In this document: one piece after another, positions 1 through 12,773 of the stretch
Layout: the number at the start of each line of letters is the position of its first letter
Position numbering within the stretch: position 1 is the first letter of the stretch
NCBI RefSeq assembly: GCF_006345805.1
Contig: NC_043006.1
Span: 49,228,001 to 49,292,000 of the forward strand
Reading direction: 5' to 3'
DNA length: 64,000 nt
DNA from: Octopus sinensis
Taxonomy: Eukaryota
Translations under genes and position numbers: made by a program
Notes under the pieces: generated by a model
Told to the model about the DNA's origin: nothing
The model's database searches: none
The model's input: the letters and a program-made list of their open reading frames with translations, nothing else

Positions 1-117
1 AAACAAGTAAAGTGTAAAAGAGTAATGATGAACAAATGCCAGAGCCGAACATAGTCTTCTGAGTTAGACTACTCTATTATCTTTCACTTATTTCAGCCAT
101 TGGACCATGGTCATGCC

Positions 118-503
118 GTGGAGGCGCAATGGCCCAGTGGTTAGGGCAGCGGACTCGCGGTCATAGGATCGCGGTTCGATTCCCAGACCGGGCGTTGTGA
201 GTGTTTATTGAGCGAAAACACCTAAAAGCTCCACGAGGCTCCGGCAGGGATGGTGGTGATCCTGCTGTACTCTTTCACCACAACTTTCTCACTCTTACTT
301 CCTGTTTCTGTTGTACCTGTATTTCAAGGGGCCGGCCTTGTCACTCTCTGTGTCACGCTGAATATCCCCGAGAACTACGTTAAGGGTGCACGTGTCTGTG
401 GAGTGCTCAGCCACTTACACGTTAATTTCACGCGCAGGCTGTTCCGTTGATTCGGATCAACCGGAACCCTCATCGTCGTAACCGACGGAGTGCTAAGGTG
501 CTT
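118..503 (+). mobile_element. tRNA-derived SINE, family A, full length
   Basis: tRNA-like head GGCGCAATGGCCCAGTGG...GGTTCGATTCCC (A and B boxes); 13-bp TSD CCATGGTCATGCC at 105-117 and 504-516; near-identical copies at 26042-26435 and 46399-46631. Confidence 0.9.
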
Positions 504-862
504 CCATGGTCATGCCATAGCACCACCGTCTTGAAGAGTTTATGAATTAGTGCCTTTTAAGTGAGCTAGGTAGACAGAAACTGCGTGGAATTTACATATC
601 TGTGAGTGGACAAACGAGAGAAAGAGGCACCCACATATTTAGAAAGTGTTACCTATATTATTGAAAATGCAAGTGTGTGTGTTTGTTCCTCACACTGCTT
701 GTTAGAGATTCGGCAGAAGTGACCGATAGAGCAAGTACCAGACTTGGAAAAAAAAAAAGAAGAAAGAAAAAATAGAAGTCGATTTATTTGACTAAGCCCT
801 TCGTGGTAGTGCTCCAGCATGGCCGCAGTTCAATATATATATATATATATATTTATATTATA

Positions 863-1500
863 TTGCTTACCAACCACATGGTTTCGGGTTCAGTCCTCGT
901 TTCGTGGGACCTTGGACAAGTGTCTTCTATTATAGCCTCGGGCCGACCAAGCCTTGCAAGTGGATTTGGTAGACGGAAACTGAAAGAAGACCGGCATATA
1001 TATATATAATAGTTATATATATTATATTATATTATATATATATATATATATATATAATTTTATTATATAGAAGGAGCTTCTACAGGACTAGAACTGTTTC
1101 ATTCAAGAGAAATCTTCAGGAAGCTAGTTACAAGAATTGTATTGGCATTTATACATTTAGGCAGTTTAAAGGGGTGGCGGTGGGGACTTTTTGGGGGTAG
1201 GCATAGCGCAAAAAAATCATACTTTGGGGAGTGGTCAAGGAGTCAGTGGTAAATTAGATAGAAGAATAAAAATGATTTTTTTGCGCTATGCCTACCCCCA
1301 AAAGTCCCCCACCACCACCCCTTTAAACCTGCCTAATGTATAAATGCCAATACAATTCTTGTTAACTAGCTTCCTGAAGATTTCTCTTGAATGAAACATT
1401 TCTAGTCCTGTAGAAGCTCCTTCTATATAATAAATTAATTTTACTCTGCTATGTATTGAGTACCTATTTACTGTGGTTAACCCCGAATCAACCCGGGACC

Positions 1501-1562
<62 letters not shown>

Positions 1563-1572
1563 ATGTGTGTGT

Positions 1573-1622
<50 letters not shown>

Positions 1623-1868
1623 TGGTGTGTTTTGTGTGTGTGTGTGTGTGTGGTGTGTGTGTGTTTTGTGTGTCTGTGTTTGACCCACCCACTATCGCTT
1701 GACACCCGATATTGGTGTTTTTACGTCCCCGTAACTAGCGGTTCGGCAAAAGAGGCCGTTAGAATAAGTACTAGGCTTACAAAGAATAAGTCCTGGGGTC
1801 GATTTGCTCGACTAAAGGCGATGCTCCAGCATGGCCGCAGTCAAATGACTGAAACAAATAAAAGAATA
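863..1868 (+). mobile_element. Bipartite SINE family B, split by insertions in its internal microsatellite
   Basis: 5' half (GGTTCAGTCC...GGAAACTGAAAGAAG) at 863-1000 and 3' half (ATCGCTTGACA...GACTGAAACAAATAAAAGA) at ~1670-1868, separated by (TA)n, a fold-back element and (TA)n(TG)n. Confidence 0.7.
1059..1434. mobile_element. Fold-back MITE with ~160-bp terminal inverted repeats
   Basis: 1059-1220 is the near-perfect reverse complement of 1272-1434; 51-nt spacer; TA-rich flanks. Confidence 0.85.
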
Positions 1869-1919
1869 TGGATAGGTAGATAGATAAATAGGCGAACGGA
1901 CGGAGAGAGAGAGAAAGAC

Positions 1920-1920
<1 letters not shown>

Positions 1921-1983
<63 letters not shown>
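1921..1983. repeat. (GATA)n microsatellite
   Basis: direct reading. Confidence 0.95.
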
Positions 1984-2644
1984 GTGTGAGACGATACAAC
2001 ATAACAACAGTAACAACTCCAAAAACAAAACATATGACAAATAGCAGCAAGTAAGACATGTAAAAAATTTCAAAATAAGGCAAACAACTTCTGTAAACAA
2101 GCCCACAACACTAGCAACTTTTACAGCAACAACAATAACTATAACAACATCAAAAGAAACAAGAAGAAAAACAATGTCAACAGACAATAAAAGAGGTGAA
2201 ATGGTCTTATTATTATTATTAGTTCTTTTTATTTTTTTTATTTGAAGCTCAGAAGAAAAAGCGGAGTTTGATGTGTGAGTGGATGTAAAAAACTAGTTGA
2301 GAATCAAAGGGGAAAAAAGCACTTTCTGATGAAGAATCTTTTTCTTTTTTCTTTCTTTCTTTTCTTTTTTATATTTGCCGCTGAGAAGAGAAAAACAAAT
2401 TGCTTCCGGCTGTGGTATATATTTTTGGCCACGTGGTAACAAAGAGTTCCATGTCAAAGGTCAGATTGCAAAGCCGAGGAAAATAACAGAAAGAACTACA
2501 ACGAGAAACGAATGTATTATAAAATAAATATCATTTTTGTAGTCAGTCTATCAGAATTTGAAAGAGCCAATGAGGGAACCTTGTTCGTTTTGCTAGAAAT
2601 AGCGACCAAATCTTCTTCGCATCACGTCCTACAACTAATAAATG

Positions 2645-2882
2645 CGCCCTTTTAAAGCCTAGCCAGGCTCATGGGCCCGGTTTCAATGGCGTATGTGTTC
2701 CCGAGCTGGACGGCACGCCAGTCCATCGCAGCGTTACTCATTTTTGCCAGTTGAGTGGACTGGAGCAACGTGAAATGAAGTGTTTTGCTCATGAACACAA
2801 TGCGTCGCCCGGTCCAGGAATCGAAACCACAATCTTACGGTCATGATGCTGACACCCTAAACACTAAGCCACGCGCCTCCAC
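2645..2882 (-). mobile_element. tRNA-derived SINE family D with V-domain-like core
   Basis: minus strand: tRNA-like head, GCTGCGATGGACTGGCGTGCCGTCCAG (V-SINE-like motif), tail GGGCCCATGAGCCTGGCTAGGCTTTAAAAGGGC; + copy at 35086-35332. Confidence 0.8.
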
Positions 2883-2926
2883 TCGTCCTACTACTACTAC
2901 CATTTTAAAATAAAAGTATATTTAAG

Positions 2927-3287
2927 TGCAGGCGTGGCCGTGTGGTAAGAACCTTACTTCCCAACCACATGGCTCCGGGTTCAATCGCACTGTGTGGCAC
3001 TTCGCGCAAGTGTTTTCTACTATAGCCTCGGGCTTGTGAGTGGACTTGGTAGACGGAAACTGAAAGAAGCTTGTCGAATATGTGTGTGTGTGTCTGTGTT
3101 TGTAACCCCTGCCATCGCTTGACAAATGATACTGATGTGTTTATGTCCCCCGTAACTTAGCGGTTCGGCAAAATTACTCGATAAAATAAGTACTAGGCTT
3201 ACAAAGAATAAGTCCTGGGGTCGATTTGCTCGACTAAAACCCTTTAAGGCGCTGCTCCAGCATAAAACAAGTAAAAGAATAAAAGAA
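2927..3287 (+). mobile_element. SINE family B
   Basis: same head, internal (TG)n and tail as other B copies. Confidence 0.85.
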
Positions 3288-3391
3288 ATATTAGATATAG
3301 AGGTACACCTTCGATATTCCGGAATCTTTGGTCCCAAAAGCTTTTCCGGATTACTGTCACCTTGGTTAAACAAATATTTAATTTATTTAAA

Positions 3392-3688
3392 TGTTTGTTC
3401 CTTCTCGAGCCATGCCTGGCTCATAAGGGCCGGTTTCCTGGTTTCCTTGGCGTATAGGTTCCCCACCTGGACGCTGATCCGTCGCAGGTGAGCTGCAAGA
3501 TGCAGGAGGAAAGAATGAGAGAAAGTTGTGACGAAGGAGTCAGCAGAAGTTCGCCATTACCTTCTGCCGGTGCCGCATGGAGCTTAGGTGTTTCGCTCAT
3601 AAACACACACATCGCCCGATTTGAGATTCGAACCCGCGATCCCTCGACCGCGAGTTCGCTGCTCTAACCACTAGGCCATGTGCCTCCA
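3392..3688 (-). mobile_element. SINE with family A head/body and a V-like 3' part
   Basis: A-type tRNA head and body followed by CCTGCGACGGATCAGCGTCCAGG and a distinct tail. Confidence 0.75.
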
Positions 3689-4383
3689 AGGTTTACTTAA
3701 ATAATTCATTGAAATACAGGTTCTTGTACATTAGTATAAATCAGTAACGGTTATAAGATGTTCCGGAACATCAGTGTCCGGAAAGTTAGTGCTGTAGCTG
3801 TACTCAGGGCTGGGTTTTAAGGTATTTAAACACATTTGTTCAAATTGGGCCCTGCGCCAAGAAAGGGCCCCGCTCACTCACTCGAACGCAGGATGCCATG
3901 ATGAATTTTCTTGTATAGCAAGCCCCCAACGCTTTTTTGACTGGAACTGACGTATTACACGAATCATAACACGCCGGTTTTCAACTTTTGCAGAGTAGAG
4001 AGTCCCACTGACAATTCTCTAATTTAGCTCCACATTTCCGAGCGCCGACCCTGCTGTACTGTGATGGTATGCTTTGATATACTCAATTAATGTTAACCTG
4101 GAATTAAATACCAACCACACCAACACCTCTTTATCTTCTCTGCTAATGCCCTTGGGAAGAGCAGGACTATTGCACTTACCATAGCTCTCAACTTGCAAAT
4201 GTGTCAACATCGACGCTTTAAACATCTTCATCGGCACAGAAATTACGCTGGAGTTTAATTCTGTCCGGAAACGTTCTGGGATCTTGTTAAATTTTTTCCA
4301 ACTACTTGAAGTATTTCATATTTTCACCAGATTTTTCCCCCCAAAATCTCCTACACTGATATAACTTTTTATTATTAATTTCT

Positions 4384-4775
4384 AGGAGTGGCTGTGTGGT
4401 AAGTAGCTTGCTTACCAACCACATGGTTCCGGGTTCAGTCCCATCGCGTGGCACCTTGAGCAAGTGTCTTCTACTATAGCCTCGGGCCGACCAAACTTTT
4501 GTGAGTGGATTTGGTAGACGGAAACTGAAAGAAGCCCGTCTTATATATGTATATATATGTGTGTGTGTTTGCACGTCTGTGTTTGTTCCCACCCCCAACA
4601 TCGCTTGACAACCGATGCTGGTGTGTTTACGTCCCCGTCAGTTAGCGGTTCGGCAAAAGAGACCGATATAATAAGTACTAGGCTTACAAAAGAATAAGTC
4701 TCGGGGGTCGATTTGCTCGACTAAAGGCAGTGCTCCAGCATGGCCGCAGTCAAATGACTGAAACAAGTAAAAGAG
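4384..4775 (+). mobile_element. SINE family B, full length
   Basis: AGGAGTGGCTGTGTGG head, GGTTCAGTCCC B box, internal (TA)(TG), tail GACTGAAACAAGTAAAAGAG. Confidence 0.9.
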
Positions 4776-5471
4776 GAAAAAATGTATATGATTTTCGTCA
4801 TCAGCATTTAAAGCTACATTTTTTGGAAAATAATTTGGTGAAAATTTGAAAAACTTCATGCGGTTGGAAGAAATTTAACATAGGACCATATCAATATTAT
4901 CTTGTCTTGTATTCTTGGAATGTAGCCGTGCTGGGACAACGCCTTGATGGGGTTAATCGAATAAATCGATCCCAGGACTTTTTAGTCTGGTACATATTCT
5001 ATCGGCGTATTTGCTGAAAACGTAAACAAACGAGCACCGGTTGTGAAGCGGGAAAATATAAACATATACACACTCATATACATATAATATATGCGACGGG
5101 CTTCCTCACAGTTTCCGTCTATCAAATTGGTCATTGATCAGCCCGGGGATATAGTAGAAAATATTTACCCAAAGTGTTGTGGAATTGAACGCGAAATCTC
5201 GTGGTTGCAAAGCAAACTTCTTAACCACACGGCCATTAAGAAATCATTTCAGATATATATATATATCACTCCGACTGCTACGAGTGATACGAAATACGAC
5301 AGAAGCAGTAAAAGTGTCATGAGATGCATGTAAGAACACGATGAAACCTGCACAAGAGCGTGTGTGTGTGTGTGGGGGGGGTGTCACATGTAGCCCTTGT
5401 GCCGCATGTAGCCCACTAGTCGCATATCTGACACCTCTGATGTAGGAAGTGAGAGGAACAAAACTGTTAAA

Positions 5472-5858
5472 TTATGACATCGTTCGTGCGTTTGTACTGG
5501 TTTCAGCTTTAAGGTTTTAGGGTTAGGATTTGGGGTTAGGGTTAAGGTTAACGTTTTAGGGTTAGGGTTAGGGTTGTCATAAATAACAGTGACAAACGAA
5601 ATATACACCGCCGGAAGTTGTCGTTGACAAACAACGGCAGTAATTTTATTCAGGTGAATACACGTCATTGATTGGTTAAAATGACCGAAATACTACAACT
5701 TTAACGTGAAATATAACTTCCTAAATATAAGCTTTTCTCAAAAACGCTAAGAGTAAAATATGTTTTATATGACACATTCTAACACTGTCCGAAGTTTTAA
5801 AGTGTTTAGTTACAAAAAAAATTATTTTAAAAATCTGTCGGTCAAAAGGTAAAGATCC
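5472..5858. mobile_element. One-armed copy of the long-TIR GGATC-ended MITE with a TTAGGG-like core
   Basis: matches the arm and core of 24547-25215; ends AAAGGTAAAGATCC; TTAGGG-like repeats at ~5516-5575. Confidence 0.8.
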
Positions 5859-5877
5859 CAAAGCATCCCGAATATTA

Positions 5878-6000
5878 TTTTAGCTTAAAGTGATTTATTT
5901 CGTGCCGTAAACCATTTACGTAACATTTCTGTGATGTCCTCTCTTTCCCTTCATGCCCTAAGTACGTGCTTATTTTGCTTACTAGTTTAATCTAGAGCTG
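5878..6000 (-). mobile_element. hAT-like MITE end (family G)
   Basis: reverse complement of CAGCGCTGGATTAACCATTAAGCAAAATAAGCACGTGCTTAGGGC, seen at 38572, 43911 and 44690. Confidence 0.6.
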
Positions 6001-6720
6001 CCTAGAAAGCATTTTAGATGTTAATGGAATTATAAAAGAAGAAAACGGTTACTCTCCTCCAGTTTCATCTCGTCTGCAAATAAAATTATTCGTAGCATTT
6101 ACTTTTTCGCCACAGTTTGTGTGTGTGTCTGTGTGTGTGTGTGTGTTGTGCGTGCGTGCGTGCTTCTATCTATCTCAAACATTCTCTCTCTTGCTCTCAA
6201 TTTTTCTCCCTCCTCCCTTTACCTCTCGCTAATACACAACAAACACATTCTCTCTTTAAAACTACTTCCTAGAGCAACATGCAAGAGTCTTCCCCGCATT
6301 CCAGCAGAGTCTCATTTTTGGAATTCGCTTCCTGTTTATGTATTTCATATTAACTAAACTTTGACCTTTTCATTGGAATTATTAACTACTTTTTTTTCTT
6401 TTCTTTTCTTTTTTGGTTCCAAGTCATTCTATCCAGCACTGGAACACTTCAACAAGCTGTGGGTTCTACGTTTTTTTTTCTTATTTTGGATCAACAAAAA
6501 ATTTCGAAGCTCCGTGTGTGGTTGTGATGGTGAGAGGATGAAATAGAGAGAGAGAGGAGAGGGAGAGAGGGAGGGGGAGGGAGAGAGAAAGAGAATTGCT
6601 GTGAAGACAAGAATATTTCCCTACGGTATGCAAGTACTAAGAACACACGCATGCACAAGCATGTGTGTGGTGCGTGTGTGTGTATGTGTATATATATACA
6701 TGCATATATATATATGTATA

Positions 6721-6928
6721 TACTCTTTTACTTGTTTCAGTCATTTGACAGCGGCCATGCTGGAGCACCGTCTTTAGTCGAGCGAATCGACCCCGGGACT
6801 TATTCTTTGTAAGCCCAGTACTTATTCTATCGGTCTCTTTTGCCGAACTGCTAAGTTACGGGGACGTAAACACACCAGCATCGGTTGTCAAGCGATGTTT
6901 GGGAGGACAAACACAGACACACAAACAC

Positions 6929-7001
<73 letters not shown>

Positions 7002-7165
7002 TACGACAGGCTTCTTTGAGTTTCCATCTACCAAATCCACTCACAAGGCTTTGGTCGGCCCGAGGCTATAGTAGAAGACACCCAAAATGTCACGAAGTAG
7101 GACTGAGCCCGGAACCATATGGTTGGTAAGCAAGCCACTCCTTACCACACGGCCATCCCTGCGCC

Positions 7166-7166
<1 letters not shown>
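6721..7166 (-). mobile_element. SINE family B
   Basis: full head and tail with long internal (TA)n. Confidence 0.9.
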
Positions 7167-7197
<31 letters not shown>

Positions 7198-7211
7198 AAT
7201 TATATATATAT

Positions 7212-7243
<32 letters not shown>

Positions 7244-7741
7244 CATGTGTGTGTGTGTGTGTGTGTTTATATGGAAGTATATTTGTTTATATATGTATAT
7301 ATACATACGCATATGTATGCATTTATATATTATATTTGTATATACATGTCTATGTATGTACGCATATATGTCTATATTTATTTATACACACGCACGCACA
7401 CACATACAGACACACACACACATACACACTCATTAATAAATATACCCGCATAGAGTACCCATGAACCGCTCGGTCTACAATTGAAAATATTGGGGTCAAA
7501 AGGGTTCGTTTCATCATACTACCTTCCACCTATCCACCACCCACCCCACACACAACCACAAAACCACCGACAGTCGAATTCATAACAAGCATTAAACAGA
7601 TGGAACGACTCCCCTTCTCCCCCCACCTCTTAGTCTTGTTCCATTTAATAATATAGATAAATAAATAAATAAATAAATAATCTATTCATAATAGAAGGAA
7701 GAAGGAATAGATTTAATTGCATTATTTATCAAAAAAAAAAA

Positions 7742-7797
7742 AAATAATAATAATAATAATGATAATAATAACAATGATGATGATAATAATAATAATG

Positions 7798-7879
<82 letters not shown>

Positions 7880-7937
7880 GGATAATAATAATAATAATGA
7901 TAATAATGATAATAATAATAATAATAATAATATAATA

Positions 7938-7983
<46 letters not shown>

Positions 7984-8044
7984 TAATAATAATAATAATA
8001 ATAATATAATAATAATAATAATAATAATAATGATAATAATAATG

Positions 8045-8077
<33 letters not shown>

Positions 8078-8100
8078 TAATAATAATAATAATGATAAAT
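7742..8100. repeat. Long (AAT)n microsatellite with GAT interruptions
   Basis: direct reading; source of the poly-Ile ORFs. Confidence 0.95.
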
Positions 8101-8202
8101 AGATAAATAAAATTCATTATTTAAAGGAATTTACGGATCTTTTCAACCTCGGGAGGGGGATTGTGAAGTTGACAGTTGTTCATGCTGTCCATCACACGCG
8201 CA

Positions 8203-8238
<36 letters not shown>

Positions 8239-8679
8239 ACACATTCATATGTAAAGCTGATAAAACCTCGAATGGAAACAAGGAAAAAGGAGAGGGTTTA
8301 ATAAATTAATAAGCTGTGGTGGTAGTTTTATATAAGCTCTTGTTCAGATCGTCAACACACCTCCACTCTCTCTCCGTTTTTTTCTCTCTCTCTCTCTCTC
8401 TCTCTCTCACCCTACGATTTGCTGGAAATAACAGCCAAATCTCTCTCAATGTCACGCGTTGACATTATATAAAAGAGAGAGGACACATTGGATAAGACGG
8501 GAAAAAAATACACTTTCAGTTTTTCTCATCCAGATAAAAACGTTAAGAGTTAACCGTGTTCTACGTGACATATTCAACCAGTATCCGAACTTTCAAACTG
8601 TTTAGTTAAAAAATTAAAATCTGACTCAGATTGAAAAGACCCCAATTTACAAGAAAACATACTCTCTCTCTCTCTCTCT

Positions 8680-9336
8680 CTTTACTCTTTTACTTGTTTC
8701 AGTCATTTGACTGCGGCCATGCTGGAGCACCGCCTTTAGTCGAGCAAATCAACCTCAGGACTTATTCTTTGTAAGCCTAGTACATATTCTGTCAGTCTCT
8801 TTTGCCGAACCGCTAAGTTACGGGGACGCAAACACACCAGCATCGGTTGTCAAGCGATGTTGGGGGTGGGGTGGGGGTGGACAAACACAGACGTGCAAAC
8901 ATATACGCACACATACACACACACATATATATATATGTGTGTGGCAGAAATGTTAGCACGCCGGGCGAAATGCGTAGCCGTATTTCGTCTGCCGTTACGT
9001 TCTGAGTTCAAATACCGCCGAGGTCGACTTTGCCTTTCATCCTTTCGGGGTCGATAAATTAAGTACCAGTTATGCACTGGGGTCGATGTAATCGACTTAA
9101 TCCGTTTGTCTGTCCTTGTTTGTCCCCTCTACGTTTAGCCCCTTGTGGGCAGTAAAGAAATATATATGTGCATAAATACGACGGGCTTCTTTTAGTTTCC
9201 GCCTACCAAATCCACACAAAAGGCTTTGGTCGGCCCGAGGCTATAGAAGAAGACTCTTCCCCAAGGTGCCAAGCAGTGGGACTGAACCCGGAACCATGTG
9301 GTTGGTAAGCAAGCTACTTACCACACAGCCACTCCT
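8680..9336 (-). mobile_element. SINE family B with a family C SINE nested in its microsatellite
   Basis: B tail 8680-8900, B head 9180-9336. Confidence 0.85.
8942..9161 (+). mobile_element. SINE family C monomer, tail type 1
   Basis: GGCAGAAATGTTAG A box, GAGTTCAAAT B box, GCCTTTCATCCTTTCGGGGTCGATAAATTAAGTACC (resembles the Meta-SINE domain as I recall it), ends GTGGGCAGTAAAGAAAT. Confidence 0.85.
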
Positions 9337-9985
9337 GGAAAATTAATGATGGAATGTCATAAGCTTTTATTTATTTTTTTCGTTGTGTTTCCTTTAAACT
9401 TTTGCTTAGGGGTTTGTCAGTAAGTTTATATTTCCCGAATATGTCGCTTTTCGGGGAAATCATGAAAAAAAATAAAACCTTGTTTTTGTTTTATGTTCGT
9501 TTCTCTTTGCATTTTTTTGTTTGTTTGTTTTTGTGAGTGCTTTTATATATTTGAAATTTCAGTTCAGTTACCATTTTATTTTATTTCTAATTCTAACATA
9601 AGGGTACAGACAGCTACTGAAAAAGGGAACATTATCACATACTTGCTTCATTGTTTTTTCGTTTTTAAAAAAAATTTTTGTAGTTTTTTTTTTATAGGCG
9701 TATCAACATTTTTATTTCTTTTACTGAAATACACTGACACACACACCTACACACGTACGCACACACACACACACATACACACATATGCACACACTCATAC
9801 GAACACATAGTCGCACACACACGATCATAATTACATATCAAGAAATGCCACACACACCGAGGAGTACACACGCAGGTGGGTAGATGGATATTGATACACA
9901 GTTCGTTTATTTTTTTCTTTTACTTATTTCAGTCATTTAAACTGCGACCATGTTGGAGCATCGCCTTTCTTTCTTCTTTTCTTTT

Positions 9986-10293
9986 CGCCCTTTTCAAGCC
10001 TAGCCAGGCTCATGGGCCCGGTTTCCCGGTTTCTGTGGCATATGTGTCCCCCCCCCCAGCTGGACGGAATGCCAGTCCATTGCAGCGTTACTCAAGAAAC
10101 TGGAAGAGAGAGAGTGAGAGAAAGTTGTGGCGAAAGAGTACAACAGGGGTTACCACCATCCTCTGCTGGAGCCTCGTGGAGCTTTTAGGTGTTTTCGCTC
10201 AATAAACACACACAACGCCCGGTCTGGGAATCGAAACCGCGATCCTCTGACCGCGAGTCCGCTGCCCTAACCGCTGGGCCATTGCGCCTTCAC
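9986..10293 (-). mobile_element. SINE with A head/body and V/D tail (duplicated at ~10899-11207)
   Basis: tRNA head, D tail, TSD GGAGCA(T/C)CGCCTT; inserted in a family B tail. Confidence 0.85.
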
Positions 10294-10436
10294 GGAGCAC
10301 CGCCTTTAGTCGAACAAATCTTTGTAAGCGTAGTACTTATTCTATATGTCTCTTTTGCGGGGCGGGGGTGTAAACACACCAAGATATGTTCTCAAGCAAT
10401 AGGGCGGGGGGCACAGACACACAAATACATACATAT

Positions 10437-10632
10437 TTCTTTCTTTATTGCCCACATGGAGCTAAACATTGAAGGGACAAACAAACGGATTAAGTCGATT
10501 ACATCGACCCCAGTACGCAACTGGTACTTATTTAATCGACCCCGAAAAGGATGAACTCAGAACGTAGCGGCTGAGGAAATACTGCTAAGCATTTCGCCCG
10601 GCGTGTTAATGATTCTGCCAGCTCGCTGCCTT
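10437..10632 (-). mobile_element. SINE family C monomer (duplicated at ~11351-11546)
   Basis: C head and tail 1; TSD AAATACATACATAT at 10423 and 10633. Confidence 0.8.
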
Positions 10633-10646
10633 AAATACATACATAT

Positions 10647-10693
<47 letters not shown>

Positions 10694-11566
10694 ACATATG
10701 CACACACTCATACGAACACATAGTCGCACACACACGATCATAATTACATATCAAGAAATGCCACACACACCGAGGAGTACACACGCAGGTGGGTAGATGG
10801 ATATTGATACACAGTTCGTTTATTTTTTTCTTTTACTTATTTCAGTCATTTAAACTGCGACCATGTTGGAGCATCGCCTTTCTTTCTTCTTTTCTTTTCG
10901 CCCTTTTCAAGCCTAGCCAGGCTCATGGGCCCGGTTTCCCGGTTTCTGTGGCATATGTGTCCCCCCCCCCCAGCTGGACGGAATGCCAGTCCATTGCAGC
11001 GTTACTCAAGAAACTGGAAGAGAGAGAGTGAGAGAAAGTTGTGGCGAAAGAGTACAACAGGGGTTACCACCATCCTCTGCTGGAGCCTCGTGGAGCTTTT
11101 AGGTGTTTTCGCTCAATAAACACACACAACGCCCGGTCTGGGAATCGAAACCGCGATCCTCTGACCGCGAGTCCGCTGCCCTAACCGCTGGGCCATTGCG
11201 CCTTCACGGAGCACCGCCTTTAGTCGAACAAATCTTTGTAAGCGTAGTACTTATTCTATATGTCTCTTTTGCGGGGCGGGGGTGTAAACACACCAAGATA
11301 TGTTCTCAAGCAATAGGGCGGGGGGCACAGACACACAAATACATACATATTTCTTTCTTTATTGCCCACATGGAGCTAAACATTGAAGGGACAAACAAAC
11401 GGATTAAGTCGATTACATCGACCCCAGTACGCAACTGGTACTTATTTAATCGACCCCGAAAAGGATGAACTCAGAACGTAGCGGCTGAGGAAATACTGCT
11501 AAGCATTTCGCCCGGCGTGTTAATGATTCTGCCAGCTCGCTGCCTTAAATACATACATATTATACA

Positions 11567-11617
<51 letters not shown>

Positions 11618-12773
11618 TATACGACAAGCTTCTTTCAGTTTCCGCCTACCAAATCCACTCCCAAGGCTTTGGTCGGCCCGAGGCTATAGAAGAAGACACC
11701 TGTCCAAGGTGCCACGCAGTGGGACTGGACCTGGAATTATATGGTTGGGAAGCAAGCTTCTTGCCACACAGCCACGCCTGAAACTACATATCTTTTATCT
11801 TTTTACTTGTTTCATTCATTGAATTGCGGCCATTCTGGGGCATCGCCTTGAAGGATTTAGCCGAATAAATCGATGTCCACTGCATGTTGTTTTTTTAAAG
11901 CCTGTTAACCATTCTGTGGGTATCTTCTGATGAGCCGCTAAGTTATGGCAACGTAAAACTATCATTGGTTGTGAAGAGGTGGTGATGGTGGGAGTGTATA
12001 TGTATATGTATATATATATGTATATGTATATATACACACACACACACACATATATATATTCACTGTTGATCGTTAGAGTCATAACAAGGTTTGCAAGATA
12101 GCCAAAAGGAATGTGAAATTCCAGCAATTCGTTGTTTATCATCAACATAGAAGGTGGATTATACACACACACACACTCAACAGGCATCCACAGTCTACTT
12201 CCTAGCCTACCAAATTCAGGTACTCTTTGGTTATCTCACCCCCATTAACAAATTGGGTTATCTCCCCCCCGTTTTACGAGAAATATCGGTAGTTTTGGTT
12301 ATCTTCTTCGACAAAAAAAAAATTTTTTTTAACCCTCAATAAAATAAAGAAAACAGAATGAAAAAAATTAATAAGCATAAAGAGTGAAAAGATGAAACAT
12401 TGTTTTGAATCTGATAATATTTTTATAATAAATCATACCATGCCTATTGAGGAAGCCAAACGCCGACAATATGTTGAAGTATTGAATCAAAAGGATCTAA
12501 CTCTTTTAATCTAATCTCTTGTCACGTTAACTCGATGTTTTAGTGGGGAGATAACCCAAGTTTTTAATGGCAATTTTTTAATGGGTGTGATATAACCAAA
12601 AAGTACCCAAATTCACTTACAAGGCATCGGTCGGCCAAGGGCTATAGTAGAAGACATTTTACCCCAGGTACCGTACAGATGGCCAGAACTCGAAACCACA
12701 CGGTTAGAAAGTGAGCTTCTTAACCAGGCAGCCATGCATGTGTGTGTGTGAGTTACTATAAAACGATAAACGT

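Larger units (their letters stand above)
9760..11590. repeat. Direct tandem duplication, ~913-bp period
   Basis: CATATGCACACACTC at 9782 and 10695; identical ORFs at 10189 and 11103; the only difference I noticed is poly-C 10 vs 11; (CA)n blocks at the boundaries. Confidence 0.9.

Noticed and set aside
121-195. tRNA gene
   Set aside because: The A and B boxes are present, but the sequence runs into a repeated SINE body bounded by a TSD, with no proper acceptor stem or poly-T terminator.
7717-8117. Poly-Ile/Leu ORFs and all YI/HT/CV-repeat ORFs in the track
   Set aside because: Translations of (AAT)n, (TA)n, (CA)n, (CATA)n and (GATA)n microsatellites.
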